DNA from: a virus
Taxonomy: Duplodnaviria; Caudoviricetes
IMG/VR virus record: IMGVR_UViG_3300033076_000881
Coordinates: 1-47,854 of that record
Reading direction: 5' to 3' (one strand)
Length of the DNA stretch: 47,854 bases
Position numbers and translations under genes: made by a program. The number at the start of each line of letters is the position of its first letter. Position 1 is the first letter of the stretch. The notes below the pieces were generated by a model. The model was given only the letters and a program-made list of their open reading frames with translations, made no database searches and had not been told where the DNA came from. Below are positions 9,023 to 19,488 of the stretch, in pieces.

Positions 9023-12022
9023 ATGGCCAAGGTTCCTGTCACCACCACGATCGGCGAGTACGCAGGGGCCATCCCCGGCGGCTACCGTGGCATCTCCGAA
9101 AGCGTCCCGGGCGACCGGGCTGCGGCGTGGCGCGCGGCGGGACAGGTCGGTGAGCAGATTGGCGCGGCCGGGCAGCGGCTCACGCGCGACATCATCGCGG
9201 ACCAGGAAGTCGAGAACGACTTCCAAGCCACCACGGCGATCAACGAGTTCTCTCGCCGCGCGAACGAGCGGTTCGTTCAGTACAGCGAACTGCAAGGCCG
9301 CGCTGCGGTGGACGGCTTCGGGCAGTATCAGACCGACGTGCGCGCCTTGCGCGACGAGGTGCTGGGTGGTGTGTCGAATGAGGTGCTGCGCCGCCGGCTG
9401 GCCGGGCGGCTTGAGAGCACCGCCGAGGGGTTGATCAGCGGCGGCCAGCGATACAGCGTGTCGCAGAACCGGGTGGCGCTGCGAGAGGCCACTGAGGCTG
9501 GGATCCAGAACGCCATCAACGCCGGTGTGGTGGGGCGCAACGACCCGCGTGTGTTTGCCGCTGCTTTGGCCACAAGCTTGGAGCAGGTGGACAACCTGGG
9601 CCGGCAACAGGGTTGGGATCCTGCCAAGTTGCAGCAGGAGCGCACGGCGCAAACCGGCCGCTTCTACTCGGCGACGATCGCCACCATCGCCGAGACGGAC
9701 CCGCTGGCTGCCAACCGCATGTTCACCCAGGTGCGGGATCAGCTGGACGCGGCGTCGCAGATCCGCATCGCCAACATGCTCGAAGTGCCGGTGCGCGAGC
9801 GGCAGGCGCAGGACATCCAGCGCAACGTCACCACCCCGATGGACGACAGCCCTGAGGGGGTGCGCGCCAGGGCGTTCCGCATCGAGAACCCGGCAGGCGA
9901 CGCCAGGGGCAACCCCACGTCGTCGGCGTCCGGCCCCGGGCAGGTGACGAACGGCCTGTGGAATGCCTACGCCCCGCGCCTTGGGCTCAGGCCCGAGCAG
10001 CGGAACGAGCGCGCCGCGCAGGAAGCCATCTGGGACGCCGTGCAGCTTGACGCGCGCCGCGCTGTCGGCCGCCCCCTGACGCCGGGCGAGCAGTGGGGCG
10101 TCTGGCATCTCGGCCAGGGCGGGATGCAGGCGTTCATCTCGGCGCCCCGGGATGCCGACGCCTTCGAGACGTACAAGGCAGCGGCCGGGGCGTCGATCGC
10201 CGAGCGCGCCTTCGCCACCAACCCAGGCACCCTGCGCCGTGGCATGACGGTCGGCCAGGTCCGGGACGCCCTGGACCAGAAGATGGGGCAGGGGCAGCCG
10301 CGTCAGGACAACGGCGCGATGCTGCAGGCGGCGATGCGGCAGGCCGGCGACGACCCGAAGCTGCAAGCCGCCGTCATGACCGAGATGAGCCGCTACTTCT
10401 CGGTGCTGAACGCCACCCAGGCCAGCGAGCGCGCCAACCTGGACCGGCGCGTGAACGAGTTGCAGCGCGGCCTGCAATACGATCCTAGCCTGACGATCCC
10501 CGAAGGCGAGATCCGCCGCTACCACCAGCCGCCCCAGGCTGAGGCGATCATCGACCGGCTGAACACCGCAGCCATCGCCGGCGAGATCGGCCGCGGCATT
10601 CAGTTGGCGACCCCGGAGGAGATCGACACCACCCGGGCCGACCTGGCTAGTGGGTCTGGCGCAACCTCGGCGGCGCTGCGCCTGCGCCGCGGCACGCGGA
10701 TGGAGGGCGACACTGTACTCGAGGAAGATCGCGCTGGGGATGTGGCTGCCCGCGGCGACGTGCTTCGTGTCTATGACGAGCAGGTGGCGCGGCGGAACCA
10801 GCAACTCCGTGCCGATCCTGCACAATATGTCGTGGCCGCCGATCCGGCTGTGCGCGAGGCTGCCGCGGAGGCTGCTGCCAACCCGCGGGATGCCGGCGCG
10901 GCCGAGAGGTACGCTTACGCGACGGTGGCGGCGCAGGCGCGGCTAGGCGTTCCCGAGGCCGAGCGGCGCGTGATCTCCAAGCCGCAGGCGCTCGCCATCG
11001 TCGGCGACATCATGCGTTCCGACCCGGGCGACGGGACGCCACAAAACCCGGACGGCCCGGCGATCAGGATGCGCGGGCTGCAACAGCAGTGGGGCCGCGC
11101 CTACCAGCAGGTGTTCGGCGACCTAGTGCGGGACGGCAAGTTGCCCCCGGAGTACCAGGTGCTAGCCACGATCGAGAGCCCGATCGGCCAGGCCGACTTT
11201 GCCCGCATGATCGCCGCGGCGAACAAGGCCGGCGGCATGAACCGCCTGGCCGACGTGCTGCCCCGCGAGGCGCGCACCCAGATTGACAACGAGGTTGGTA
11301 CCTACGCCGCCCCCTTCGTCCGCACGGCAACGGCGTCTGGGCAGACCGGCGGCGTGGCGCTGGCTGACGTGGTGCAGACCTCGATCAAGAACCTCGCCAC
11401 CTACTACGCCATTCAGGGTGCCTCGCCGGGCGACGCCCTACAGCGCGCCACCGACCGCGTCTTGAACGACAAGTACGAGTTTCAAGGGACGATGCGCGTG
11501 CCGCGCTCCGTGGGGCTGGACCGTGTGATGCGGGCGCAGGCGACTGTCATGCGCGACCTGACGCCCGAGCGCATCGCCGACATCGACGGCAACCCCGCCC
11601 TGACGCCGGGCGACCGACGCAACACCGCATGGGCGGGGGCGCAGCGCGGCCAGTGGGTGCCGAACGAGGACGACACCGGCCTGATCCTGATGACGGACCT
11701 GCGCGACGGGGGCCGCACCCCGGCGCGGTGGTCAGGCACGGCCGGCGATCCTGAGCGGCCGTGGATCAACCCGGGCGGCCGGGTCGAGATCCTGTACAGC
11801 CGGATGCCCGAGCCGACGATCCGCGGCATCGGCAGCGGGCCGCGCGACGTTGTCGGCAACATGGTGGACGCCGAGAGCGGCGTGCTGATGCGCGAGGCGC
11901 AGCCGCAGCAGCCCGGCGACATCGGGCCGTCCCGCCCAAGCGAGCGCGCTCCCGCCCGGCCTGTGCAGCCTGGCGAGCGCGGCGCGCCGCGTGGCCGGGG
12001 TCGGTGGGAGGCGCCGCAGTGA
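9023..12022 (+). CDS. Internal virion (ejection) protein with lytic transglycosylase-like domain
   Basis: 999 aa helical protein; central RIEN..GNPTSSASGPGQ...W...WHLGQGG resembles SLT motifs. Confidence 0.7.
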   Translation: MAKVPVTTTIGEYAGAIPGGYRGISESVPGDRAAAWRAAGQVGEQIGAAGQRLTRDIIADQEVENDFQATTAINEFSRRANERFVQYSELQGRAAVDGFGQYQTDVRALRDEVLGGVSNEVLRRRLAGRLESTAEGLISGGQRYSVSQNRVALREATEAGIQNAINAGVVGRNDPRVFAAALATSLEQVDNLGRQQGWDPAKLQQERTAQTGRFYSATIATIAETDPLAANRMFTQVRDQLDAASQIRIANMLEVPVRERQAQDIQRNVTTPMDDSPEGVRARAFRIENPAGDARGNPTSSASGPGQVTNGLWNAYAPRLGLRPEQRNERAAQEAIWDAVQLDARRAVGRPLTPGEQWGVWHLGQGGMQAFISAPRDADAFETYKAAAGASIAERAFATNPGTLRRGMTVGQVRDALDQKMGQGQPRQDNGAMLQAAMRQAGDDPKLQAAVMTEMSRYFSVLNATQASERANLDRRVNELQRGLQYDPSLTIPEGEIRRYHQPPQAEAIIDRLNTAAIAGEIGRGIQLATPEEIDTTRADLASGSGATSAALRLRRGTRMEGDTVLEEDRAGDVAARGDVLRVYDEQVARRNQQLRADPAQYVVAADPAVREAAAEAAANPRDAGAAERYAYATVAAQARLGVPEAERRVISKPQALAIVGDIMRSDPGDGTPQNPDGPAIRMRGLQQQWGRAYQQVFGDLVRDGKLPPEYQVLATIESPIGQADFARMIAAANKAGGMNRLADVLPREARTQIDNEVGTYAAPFVRTATASGQTGGVALADVVQTSIKNLATYYAIQGASPGDALQRATDRVLNDKYEFQGTMRVPRSVGLDRVMRAQATVMRDLTPERIADIDGNPALTPGDRRNTAWAGAQRGQWVPNEDDTGLILMTDLRDGGRTPARWSGTAGDPERPWINPGGRVEILYSRMPEPTIRGIGSGPRDVVGNMVDAESGVLMREAQPQQPGDIGPSRPSERAPARPVQPGERGAPRGRGRWEAPQ

Positions 12023-13938
12023 GCGCCCCGGGCTTCATCACCGAGGGCGAGATCGGCAACACGGCCGCCGAGGCCCAAGGCACCGACCTGATCCCGTCCA
12101 CCGGCGGTGAGGTGGCCGCGGCGACGTTCGGCCGCGCCCTGGCGATGAACCCCACATCGCGGCTGTACAGGCTGATCGACCGCAACACCGCGCCCAACCC
12201 GCGCACGATGCAGCCGGACGAACTGAACGAAATGTTCGGTGTCCCCGGCAAGCTGTCCTTCTCCGAGCCCACCACGATGGAGGTGGCGCGGGATCTGCAC
12301 GACTACCACCGCGCCCAGGCGATCCGGGAGGACACCATCCGCCGATCGGGCGGGGGTGTCGGGTCTGGCATGGCCGCCAGCTTCGGCATCAACGTGGCGG
12401 CGACGCTGTTGGACCCGCTCAACGTCGCCTCGGCCTTCATCCCCTTCGTGGGTGAGGCGAACCTTGCCGCGCGCTTCGGTGGGGCGGCTGCCGGTGCGCT
12501 GGGGCGGCTGGGGGTGCGGGCGGCCGAAGGGGCGGGGCAAGGCTTCCTGGGTGCGGCCGCGCTTGAGCCGGCGAACTACTGGCTCTCCCGCCAGGACCGC
12601 GACGACTACACGATGGGCGACGCGATGCTGAACCTCGCGTTCGGCACCGTGGCCGGCAGCTTCCTGCATGGCGGGCTTGGTGTGCTGCGTGACGCCCGGC
12701 GCGGCCTGCCGGATTGGGCCCCCGAGAGCAACGCCGCGGCCATCCGCCAGGCGACGGCGGCGATCGCCGAAGGGCGGCCCGTCATGGCGGCCGAGGCAGC
12801 CGAGTTCACCGCCGCGCGCCGGGCGCGGGAGGATCTTGAGGATTGGTACGGCCGACTGCGCACCCAGGACGAGCGGGTCGCCGCGGCCGAGGCGTCTGTC
12901 GAGACGCGCGGCGTGGCGCTGACCGAGGTTCAAGACACGCTGCGCACCTTGCGCGCCGAGGCCGACCAGCTTTCCCGGGAGCGGCAGGCCGCCGAGATCC
13001 AGGGCACCATCCGCGGCCTGCATCATGCCCAGCGCGTCGAGTTCCGCGACATCGAGGCCAAGCTGGCAGATCCGGCGACCCCGATGGCCGAGCGGATGGA
13101 GTTGGAGATCCGCCGGCTTGACCTGCTGGACGAAGCGTCGTCCAACGGCACGCGGCCCAACCAGGAGCTCGAAGCCGCCAGGGACGCGGCGCAGGCCGAA
13201 GGGCTTGGCCGCGTCGAGGCCGGACTGCGCAGCAAGATTGCCCAGACAGAGCGCCGCTTCTGGGACGCGGCCCGCCGCGCCCAGGCCGCCGACCAGGCGC
13301 TTCGCCGGGAGCGCAGCATCCTGGCGTCCAAGGAAGCCGTCACGCTGGCGATGGCCGAAAAGACGGTGCGGCGGCTTGCCTTCCAGACCGGCATCGTCCT
13401 TGAGCCCGGCGAGGCTGCGGCGATGGCCAGCCGCTTCCTGCACGGGGCGGCCCGCAACGCTGACGACGCGGCCAAGCAGTTGCAGGCCGACATGCTGTCG
13501 GCTGGCGCCCGCGGCACGCCGGCCGTGGTTGATGGCGTCGAGATCCGCCCAGACATCGAGATCATGGCGCGCACCCTGCGCGGCCTGACCGAGCGTGAGA
13601 TGCAGGCTGAGAACGCCTTGCGCGACGGGCTGCGCGTCACCGAGGACGCCGCCGACATCCGGGCGACCCGCGCCAACGAGGCGCAGATCGCCGAGGCCCC
13701 GAAGCTGGACACCGGCAATCTGGCCGACGAGATCACTGATGCGCAGGATGCCGTGAAGCGTCTCGAGGACGCCCTGGCCGCCGAGGAACGCGCAGCCGCG
13801 GCACAGGCGAAGGCAGAAGGGCGCGAGCCGCCAGCGCCAGACCGTGGCGTCGAGTATGCCGACGAACTGCGCAAGGCCGCCGACAGCGACGCCAAGGCGT
13901 ACGAGGCCGCGGCCATGTGCGCGATCGGGAGGCTGTGA
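12019..13938 (+). CDS. Internal virion (ejection) protein
   Basis: GTGA overlap start; DPLNVASAFIP plus Gly/Ala hydrophobic segments, then coiled coil. Confidence 0.72.
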   Translation: MSAPGFITEGEIGNTAAEAQGTDLIPSTGGEVAAATFGRALAMNPTSRLYRLIDRNTAPNPRTMQPDELNEMFGVPGKLSFSEPTTMEVARDLHDYHRAQAIREDTIRRSGGGVGSGMAASFGINVAATLLDPLNVASAFIPFVGEANLAARFGGAAAGALGRLGVRAAEGAGQGFLGAAALEPANYWLSRQDRDDYTMGDAMLNLAFGTVAGSFLHGGLGVLRDARRGLPDWAPESNAAAIRQATAAIAEGRPVMAAEAAEFTAARRAREDLEDWYGRLRTQDERVAAAEASVETRGVALTEVQDTLRTLRAEADQLSRERQAAEIQGTIRGLHHAQRVEFRDIEAKLADPATPMAERMELEIRRLDLLDEASSNGTRPNQELEAARDAAQAEGLGRVEAGLRSKIAQTERRFWDAARRAQAADQALRRERSILASKEAVTLAMAEKTVRRLAFQTGIVLEPGEAAAMASRFLHGAARNADDAAKQLQADMLSAGARGTPAVVDGVEIRPDIEIMARTLRGLTEREMQAENALRDGLRVTEDAADIRATRANEAQIAEAPKLDTGNLADEITDAQDAVKRLEDALAAEERAAAAQAKAEGREPPAPDRGVEYADELRKAADSDAKAYEAAAMCAIGRL

Positions 13939-16430
13939 TGGCCCGCGCGCCCACCTCGTACAATCAGTGCCTTACCGCGGTCGAGACAGCCGCCGGGAGG
14001 GAACTGAAACAGGATGAGCTCGAGCGCATCTTCGACAAGCTGCAAGGCCGTGTGCGCCGCTACACCGCTGGCGGCCTGTCCGAGACGGACGCCTACGTCC
14101 GGGCCGGCAAGGAACTCGGCGACGAGATGCGCCTGCAAGGCGTCATCGCCAAGCGGAACCAACTGATCAACGTGGCGCGTCGCCGCGAGCTTGAGGGCCG
14201 GCTCCGTGAGGGGTCTGAGGCCGCCGATCTCCGCGCCCTGATCACTGGCCGGGAAGGCACCGCAGCCAAGGGTGGTGTGGCGAACAGCACCGACGCCAAG
14301 GTGCACGGCCTGTCCGCGCAGGTGCTTGGCCCCTTCGTGGCTGAACTGCGCCAGGTGCCGGGCTTGGTGAAGGTGCTGGCGCGCGGCGACAAGGTGTTCG
14401 ACCGGGACGTGATCCGCGAACTCTGGTCGATCGAGAGCGGCGGCAAGCCGGCCACCAAGAACGTGCTGGCCCGTCAGGCCGCCGAGATCATCAACCGGGC
14501 GCAGGAGAACGTGCGCCTGCTGCAGAACGACGCCGGGGCCTGGATCGGCAAGCTGGACCACTACGTCACCCGCCAGTCGCACGACATGGACAAGGTGCGC
14601 GGCACACTCAAGGACGCGAACGGCAAGTGGGACGCCGAGGCCAACTTCCGGGCCTGGCGCGACGCCATCCTGCCGCGTCTGGACGAGCGCACCTTCGACA
14701 GCCTGGACGAGATCACCCCAGTCAAGGTGGACGGTTTCCTGCGCGGTGTCTGGAAGGGGCTGGCGACTGGCGTGCACGACCGGGCGACGGGCGCGGCCTG
14801 GGGCGAGGTGGGCGCCGGCACCGGCCCGGCGAACCTTGCGCGTCGCGTCAGCCAAGAGCGCAAGCTGCTGTTCAAGGACGCCGACGCCTGGGCCGACTAC
14901 AACGACCAGTTCGGCAAGGGCTCGCTGTTCGACAGCGTGCGTTCCGGTCTTGAGACGGGCGCCAGGAACACGGCGCTGATGCGTGACTGGGGGCCGAACC
15001 CAGAGGCGATGTACAAGACGGTGGTGAACGCGGCGAAGGAGCGCGCGGCCGACCGGGCCGACGTCGCCGCCGTCGATGCGCTGAACAGTACCTGGAACGA
15101 TCGCATCTTCGACGTGGTGACAGGCAAGGCCGCCATCCCGGCCGGCGCCACCGCTGCGAAGATCACCGCCGTGGCGACCGCGCTGCAGACGCTCACCAAG
15201 CTTGGTGGCGTGGTGCTCTCGTCCATCCCGGATCTCGCCAACACGGCCGCCACGCTGCGCCACAACGGCGTGCCGCTGTTCGAGAGCTACGGCAACCAGC
15301 TTGCGTCCCTACTGCCCAAGAGCGCGGCCAGGAAGGAAGCGGCGGCGATGGCCGGTGTCGGCATCGACGGCGTGCTCGGCAACATCGCGTCGCGCTACAC
15401 CGCCGTGGACGGGATGCGCGGCACGGCCGCCAAGCTGGTGGACACCTTCCACAAATGGAACGGGCTTGAGTGGTGGACTGAGAGCATGAAGTTCGGTGTC
15501 GGGTCGATCCTGACGCACAACCTCGGCCGCCTCTCGTCGCAGTCCTTCGACAGCCTGCCCGGCGCGCTCAAGGTGACACTGGGCCGCTACGGCATCGACG
15601 CGGCGCAATGGGACGTGGCGCGCACAGCGACGCGCACTGTCGAAGGCAAGGCGATGCTCCTGCCTGCGCACATCGACGACGCCAAGGTGCGCTCGGCCTT
15701 CCAGACCTACGTGTCCGATCAGGTGCGGGAGGCGATGAACGAGCCCGACGCATACGCCCGCACGCTGGCAACCTGGGGCACCCAGGCCGGGACCGCGGCG
15801 GGCGCGGCCGTCCGCATCCTGATGCAGTTCAAGTCGTACCCGATCACCTTCATGCGCCGGACGCTGAACCGCGAGTTGAACCGCAACGACGGCATCGACG
15901 TGGCTGGCATGGCGCATCTCGTCGTCGGCACGACGCTGCTGGGCTACGCGGCGATGGAGATGAAGAACCTGGCGCGCGGCCGTGATCCTCGCACAGCCAA
16001 CGCCGACAAGCCGGGCGATTGGGCCAAGATCGTCGCAGCCGCGATGGTGCAGGGCGGCGGCCTGGGACTGTACGGCGACTTCCTGTTCGGCGACAGCAGC
16101 CGCATGGGCGCCGGCCCGGTGCTGTCCCTGGCGGGGCCGACAGCCGGCACGCTGGACGACGTGGCGCAGGAAGTGCAGCAGCTTCGCAAGTGGCTGGCCG
16201 AGGGCGACGCCCGTGCCGGCAAGGATGCCCGCACAGGGGCGCTGCGCCTGCTGCAAAACAACACACCATTCGTCAATATGTTCTACACCAGGGCGCTGAT
16301 GGATCATCTGATCTGGCATCGCTTGCAGGAAGCCATGAACCCTGGCTACCTGCGCCGGTACGAAGAACGCATGAAGCGCGAGCAGGACACCACGTTCTGG
16401 CTCCGTCCCTCCGACAGCCCGTATAGGTGA
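13938..16430 (+). CDS. Large internal virion (ejection) protein
   Basis: TGATG coupling; Y.TRQSHD, QFKSYP and GGGLGLYGDFLF motifs typical of epsilon15/BPP-1-like ejection proteins. Confidence 0.8.
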   Translation: MARAPTSYNQCLTAVETAAGRELKQDELERIFDKLQGRVRRYTAGGLSETDAYVRAGKELGDEMRLQGVIAKRNQLINVARRRELEGRLREGSEAADLRALITGREGTAAKGGVANSTDAKVHGLSAQVLGPFVAELRQVPGLVKVLARGDKVFDRDVIRELWSIESGGKPATKNVLARQAAEIINRAQENVRLLQNDAGAWIGKLDHYVTRQSHDMDKVRGTLKDANGKWDAEANFRAWRDAILPRLDERTFDSLDEITPVKVDGFLRGVWKGLATGVHDRATGAAWGEVGAGTGPANLARRVSQERKLLFKDADAWADYNDQFGKGSLFDSVRSGLETGARNTALMRDWGPNPEAMYKTVVNAAKERAADRADVAAVDALNSTWNDRIFDVVTGKAAIPAGATAAKITAVATALQTLTKLGGVVLSSIPDLANTAATLRHNGVPLFESYGNQLASLLPKSAARKEAAAMAGVGIDGVLGNIASRYTAVDGMRGTAAKLVDTFHKWNGLEWWTESMKFGVGSILTHNLGRLSSQSFDSLPGALKVTLGRYGIDAAQWDVARTATRTVEGKAMLLPAHIDDAKVRSAFQTYVSDQVREAMNEPDAYARTLATWGTQAGTAAGAAVRILMQFKSYPITFMRRTLNRELNRNDGIDVAGMAHLVVGTTLLGYAAMEMKNLARGRDPRTANADKPGDWAKIVAAAMVQGGGLGLYGDFLFGDSSRMGAGPVLSLAGPTAGTLDDVAQEVQQLRKWLAEGDARAGKDARTGALRLLQNNTPFVNMFYTRALMDHLIWHRLQEAMNPGYLRRYEERMKREQDTTFWLRPSDSPYR

Positions 16431-16434
16431 CACC

Positions 16435-17439
16435 ATGACCGTCATCAACGACACCACCCGCGTCACGGTGACGGGCAACTCTGCCACCACCGTGTTCAAC
16501 TACGACTTCATCATCCCGAGCCAGAGCGATGCGCAGCTTTGGCTGGTGGACACGTCGGTCACGCCGAACACCCAGGCGCTTGTTCTGTCGAGCGCGTGGT
16601 CGATGACGGGCGCCGGCAACCCCAACGGCGGCACGTTCACCTATCCTCTCGTCGGCTCGCCGATCGACAGCGACCACCAACTCGTTCTTGAGCGCACGGT
16701 GCCCTACACGCAGCCCTTCGCGTTCAGGAACCAGGGGCCGTACTACCCGACCAACGTGGAGAGCGCGCTCGACTGGCTCGAGTACCAGATCCAGCAGCTT
16801 GTCCGCGGCCTGAGCCAGACCATCCAGATCAGCCTCGGCAGCGGCGCGACGATCGTGCCGGTGCCCAACACCTTCTTCTACTTCGACGACAACGGCGACC
16901 TGACGTTGATCACGGTGGCCGAGTTGATCCAACTCCTCATCGACGGCGGCCTGATACAGGCGCTGATTGACGCCGGGCTGGTCAACGCGCTGATCGTGGA
17001 CGGCGACCTGATCAACGAACTGATCAACAACGGGCTGGTGACCGCCTTGACGCCGTATTTCGGCGGGGGCGGCGCCGGCGGCGCGTACGACCTGGCGTTC
17101 GACTTCGGCCAGACCAACCCCGACGCCGGGGCGCGGCTCGTCATCGCCATTCCGCGCGATGTTGAGTTCGCTGCCGACTTCTCCGGGTCGCAGGCATCTA
17201 GCGGCGCGGCGCCGGTGAGCGACGCGGTGTTCGCCGTGTACAAAGGGCACGGCGGGACAGACACGCAGATCGGCACGGTGACCGTGGACAACACCAACAC
17301 CGTCACCTACGCGACGACAGGCGGCGTCGCCCAGACCGTAGTGAGCAGTGTGGACAACTACGTGTACATCGACGCCCCCGACCCGCAGGTGACAGACCTG
17401 GAAGGGGTGTCGATCACACTCAAGGGCTCGTTGGTCTGA
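16435..17439 (+). CDS. Tail fibre, T7 gp17-like N-terminal anchor
   Basis: GNSATTVFNYDF...LERTVPYTQ...VESALDWL..QIQQL anchor pattern. Confidence 0.82.
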   Translation: MTVINDTTRVTVTGNSATTVFNYDFIIPSQSDAQLWLVDTSVTPNTQALVLSSAWSMTGAGNPNGGTFTYPLVGSPIDSDHQLVLERTVPYTQPFAFRNQGPYYPTNVESALDWLEYQIQQLVRGLSQTIQISLGSGATIVPVPNTFFYFDDNGDLTLITVAELIQLLIDGGLIQALIDAGLVNALIVDGDLINELINNGLVTALTPYFGGGGAGGAYDLAFDFGQTNPDAGARLVIAIPRDVEFAADFSGSQASSGAAPVSDAVFAVYKGHGGTDTQIGTVTVDNTNTVTYATTGGVAQTVVSSVDNYVYIDAPDPQVTDLEGVSITLKGSLV

Positions 17440-18341
17440 TGCCGATCCTCGTCGCCAGGAAGAGTACAACGGCACCTGCGCCGACGTACGATCAGTGGCA
17501 GGTATTCATCATCGGGTGCGTCCCGACATCCGGCGTCACCAACCCGCAGATCGCGCTCATCGAGATGGCCGCAACGCCCGGCGGCCCGAACCTGTGCACA
17601 GGCGGAACCGTCATTTCTTCCGGCGCGTGGAGCGGCCTGAACCCGCCGAGCAATGCGTTCGACGGCAACCTTGCGACGTACGCAGCGTGGAACATCGACG
17701 CATCGTCGGCAGGCATAGTGGCCAGCATAGGCTACCAGTTCGCCACGCCGGTCTCCATCGGAGAGATCCGCCTGTGGGCATCGACGACACCGGACACGAT
17801 GGTGCAGGCTTTCGTCGTCGGCCGCGGCACCGGCGGCACGTACACCTACTCTGACATCACGATGTCGCTCTCCGCATGGTCGTCGAACGAGGAGCGAGAC
17901 TTCACGGTCCCCACGTTCGCCACGTCGTACACACAATCCACGGCGCGCATTTGGGGCATCACCAGAAGCGGCTTCAACGACATCGGCAACGTGTTCTTTC
18001 GGGCCGTCAGCGGCGGCGCGACGCTCGCCACTGGCGGCACCAACATGGACGACAACGAGACGAACGGCACCGTTCCTGGCCGCTATCTGTGGGACAGCAA
18101 CGACGGCACGCGATGGCTGCCGGCCGGCACGGCATCATCGAGCGCGTGGTATGTGTTCCCCACCGCGCCGGATCCCGCGTACATGGCGCTCCAAGCGTTC
18201 GGGGCCGGCGGCGGTGCAGGCGCTCCGTCAGCGTGGACTGTGTGGTGGTCGCCAGACGGCATCAACCGAACGACGGCGCTCACTGTGACCGGGCAAACCG
18301 GGTGGGCATTGGGCGAAACGCGAGAGTTCGCCATACCATAA
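17439..18341 (+). CDS. Receptor-binding protein with two discoidin/F5-8-like repeats
   Basis: Internal duplication (GGPNLCTGG..NAFDGN..W..WS.NEERDF versus GGATLATGG..LWDSND..W..WALGETREF). Confidence 0.65.
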   Translation: MPILVARKSTTAPAPTYDQWQVFIIGCVPTSGVTNPQIALIEMAATPGGPNLCTGGTVISSGAWSGLNPPSNAFDGNLATYAAWNIDASSAGIVASIGYQFATPVSIGEIRLWASTTPDTMVQAFVVGRGTGGTYTYSDITMSLSAWSSNEERDFTVPTFATSYTQSTARIWGITRSGFNDIGNVFFRAVSGGATLATGGTNMDDNETNGTVPGRYLWDSNDGTRWLPAGTASSSAWYVFPTAPDPAYMALQAFGAGGGAGAPSAWTVWWSPDGINRTTALTVTGQTGWALGETREFAIP

Positions 18342-18435
18342 ATGGAGACACGGCGTTTAGTTTCGTGCTAAATGTCTCAAGTGTGCAACTCATTAGACAC
18401 GCGCTCGCGAGGCTGATAAGAACAGGAGGCTCGTT

Positions 18436-18759
18436 GTGAACATCCACCCGGCGTACTTCGACGACCCTGATCTTGGAGTGCCTATCATGGCTGCAGCCGA
18501 CGATGCGCGACTGCTGGGCTCTCTTGTCTCCCGCATGGATGCGCTCGAGAAGGCACAGCTCCGCATCGAGGGAGAGCAGACACGGATGGCCGGGCGCCAG
18601 GACGACATCATTGACAACCTGCACGCCATCCGCAGCACGATGGACCGGGCGGAAGGCGGCCTGACCGCGGGCAAGTGGGTCGCTGGCTTCCTTGGGCTGG
18701 GGTCGATGTCCGGCATCGTCTCCTTCTTCGCTTGGCTAGGCAGCCTGACGAAGCACTAG
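18436..18759 (+). CDS. Lysis-cassette membrane protein (coiled coil plus C-terminal TM, holin/XhlA-like)
   Basis: AGGAGG before GTG 18436; second GGAG before in-frame ATG 18487; C-terminal hydrophobic helix. Confidence 0.6.
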   Translation: MNIHPAYFDDPDLGVPIMAAADDARLLGSLVSRMDALEKAQLRIEGEQTRMAGRQDDIIDNLHAIRSTMDRAEGGLTAGKWVAGFLGLGSMSGIVSFFAWLGSLTKH

Positions 18760-18762
18760 CCG

Positions 18763-19038
18763 ATGAGCGACGCGCCCCCCGCCGAAACTCAGAAGCAGCA
18801 TTGCGACAAGGATCGCTTCGACAGGCTGCTCGTCTCCATCGTCGCGCTGCTGCTCTCCCTGATATGCTTCGTCCTGCTCGTCGTGTACGACATGCCGACC
18901 GAGCGGCTGGCGATCTTCGGTCCCTTCCTCGGCTTGATCTTCGGCTGGGCCGGTGCGTGCGTCAGCTTCTACGTCGGGTCGTCGCAGGGCTCGGCGTCGA
19001 AGGAAGCAACCCTCGCCAAGCTGGGGCGCCAACCATGA
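18763..19038 (+). CDS. Putative holin
   Basis: 91 aa, two TM segments, SFYVGSSQGS..K motif, upstream of the spanins. Confidence 0.7.
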   Translation: MSDAPPAETQKQHCDKDRFDRLLVSIVALLLSLICFVLLVVYDMPTERLAIFGPFLGLIFGWAGACVSFYVGSSQGSASKEATLAKLGRQP

Positions 19039-19277
19039 CCGTGCTGCTCGGCCTGCTCGCCAACCCGCGCGTTGTGATCTGCCTGTTCATCGCCGTGGTG
19101 TTGGCGCTGGCAGGTTGGCACTTCTACAGCCAGGGCCGCGCGAGCGCCGAGCATGAGCAGGCGGCCGAGGCGCTGGAACAGGCGCACGAAGCGGAAAGGG
19201 CACGACGCAATGCGGACACTGCTGCTTCTCGGCCTGGCGCTGCTGAGCGCCTGCGCAACGACTGGACCCGCGACTGA
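19035..19277 (+). CDS. Inner-membrane spanin (Rz-like)
   Basis: ATGA overlap; N-terminal TM followed by an Ala/Glu/Arg coiled coil. Confidence 0.7.
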   Translation: MTVLLGLLANPRVVICLFIAVVLALAGWHFYSQGRASAEHEQAAEALEQAHEAERARRNADTAASRPGAAERLRNDWTRD

Positions 19278-19392
19278 TCCATGCGCCGGCTGGCGTGCCA
19301 TCTACGTCAGCCACCAGGACGTGCTGACTGACGGCACAGCCCAGCAGATCGAGGCGCACAACTTGGCAGGACGTTCCCGCGCCTGCTGGTGA
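19210..19392 (+). CDS. Outer-membrane spanin lipoprotein (Rz1-like)
   Basis: MRTLLLLGLALLSAC lipobox; overlaps the Rz-like gene in another frame. Confidence 0.8.
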   Translation: MRTLLLLGLALLSACATTGPATDPCAGWRAIYVSHQDVLTDGTAQQIEAHNLAGRSRACW

Positions 19393-19450
19393 TCCCGCCT
19401 GTGCGCGGGGCCTTGGGGGCGAGGGACCAGCGCGGCACAGCGGGCGGGAA

Positions 19451-19483
19451 GGGCGGCCGGGTGTGTTCGACATCCGGCCGCCC
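19451..19483. terminator. Strong hairpin at the convergence of the late and replication arms
   Basis: GGGCGGCCGGGTGT-GTTCG-ACATCCGGCCGCCC, 14-bp stem with one G-T pair; weak U-tracts. Confidence 0.6.
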
Positions 19484-19488
19484 GGTCC

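Noticed and set aside
7650-16499. Long antisense ORFs (e.g. 8864-10825, 11482-13443, 13023-15263)
   Set aside because: These are shadows of GC-rich coding genes on the opposite strand, with no motifs or RBS.
16435-18435. Diversity-generating retroelement as in BPP-1
   Set aside because: No reverse transcriptase and no template/variable repeat pair were seen.
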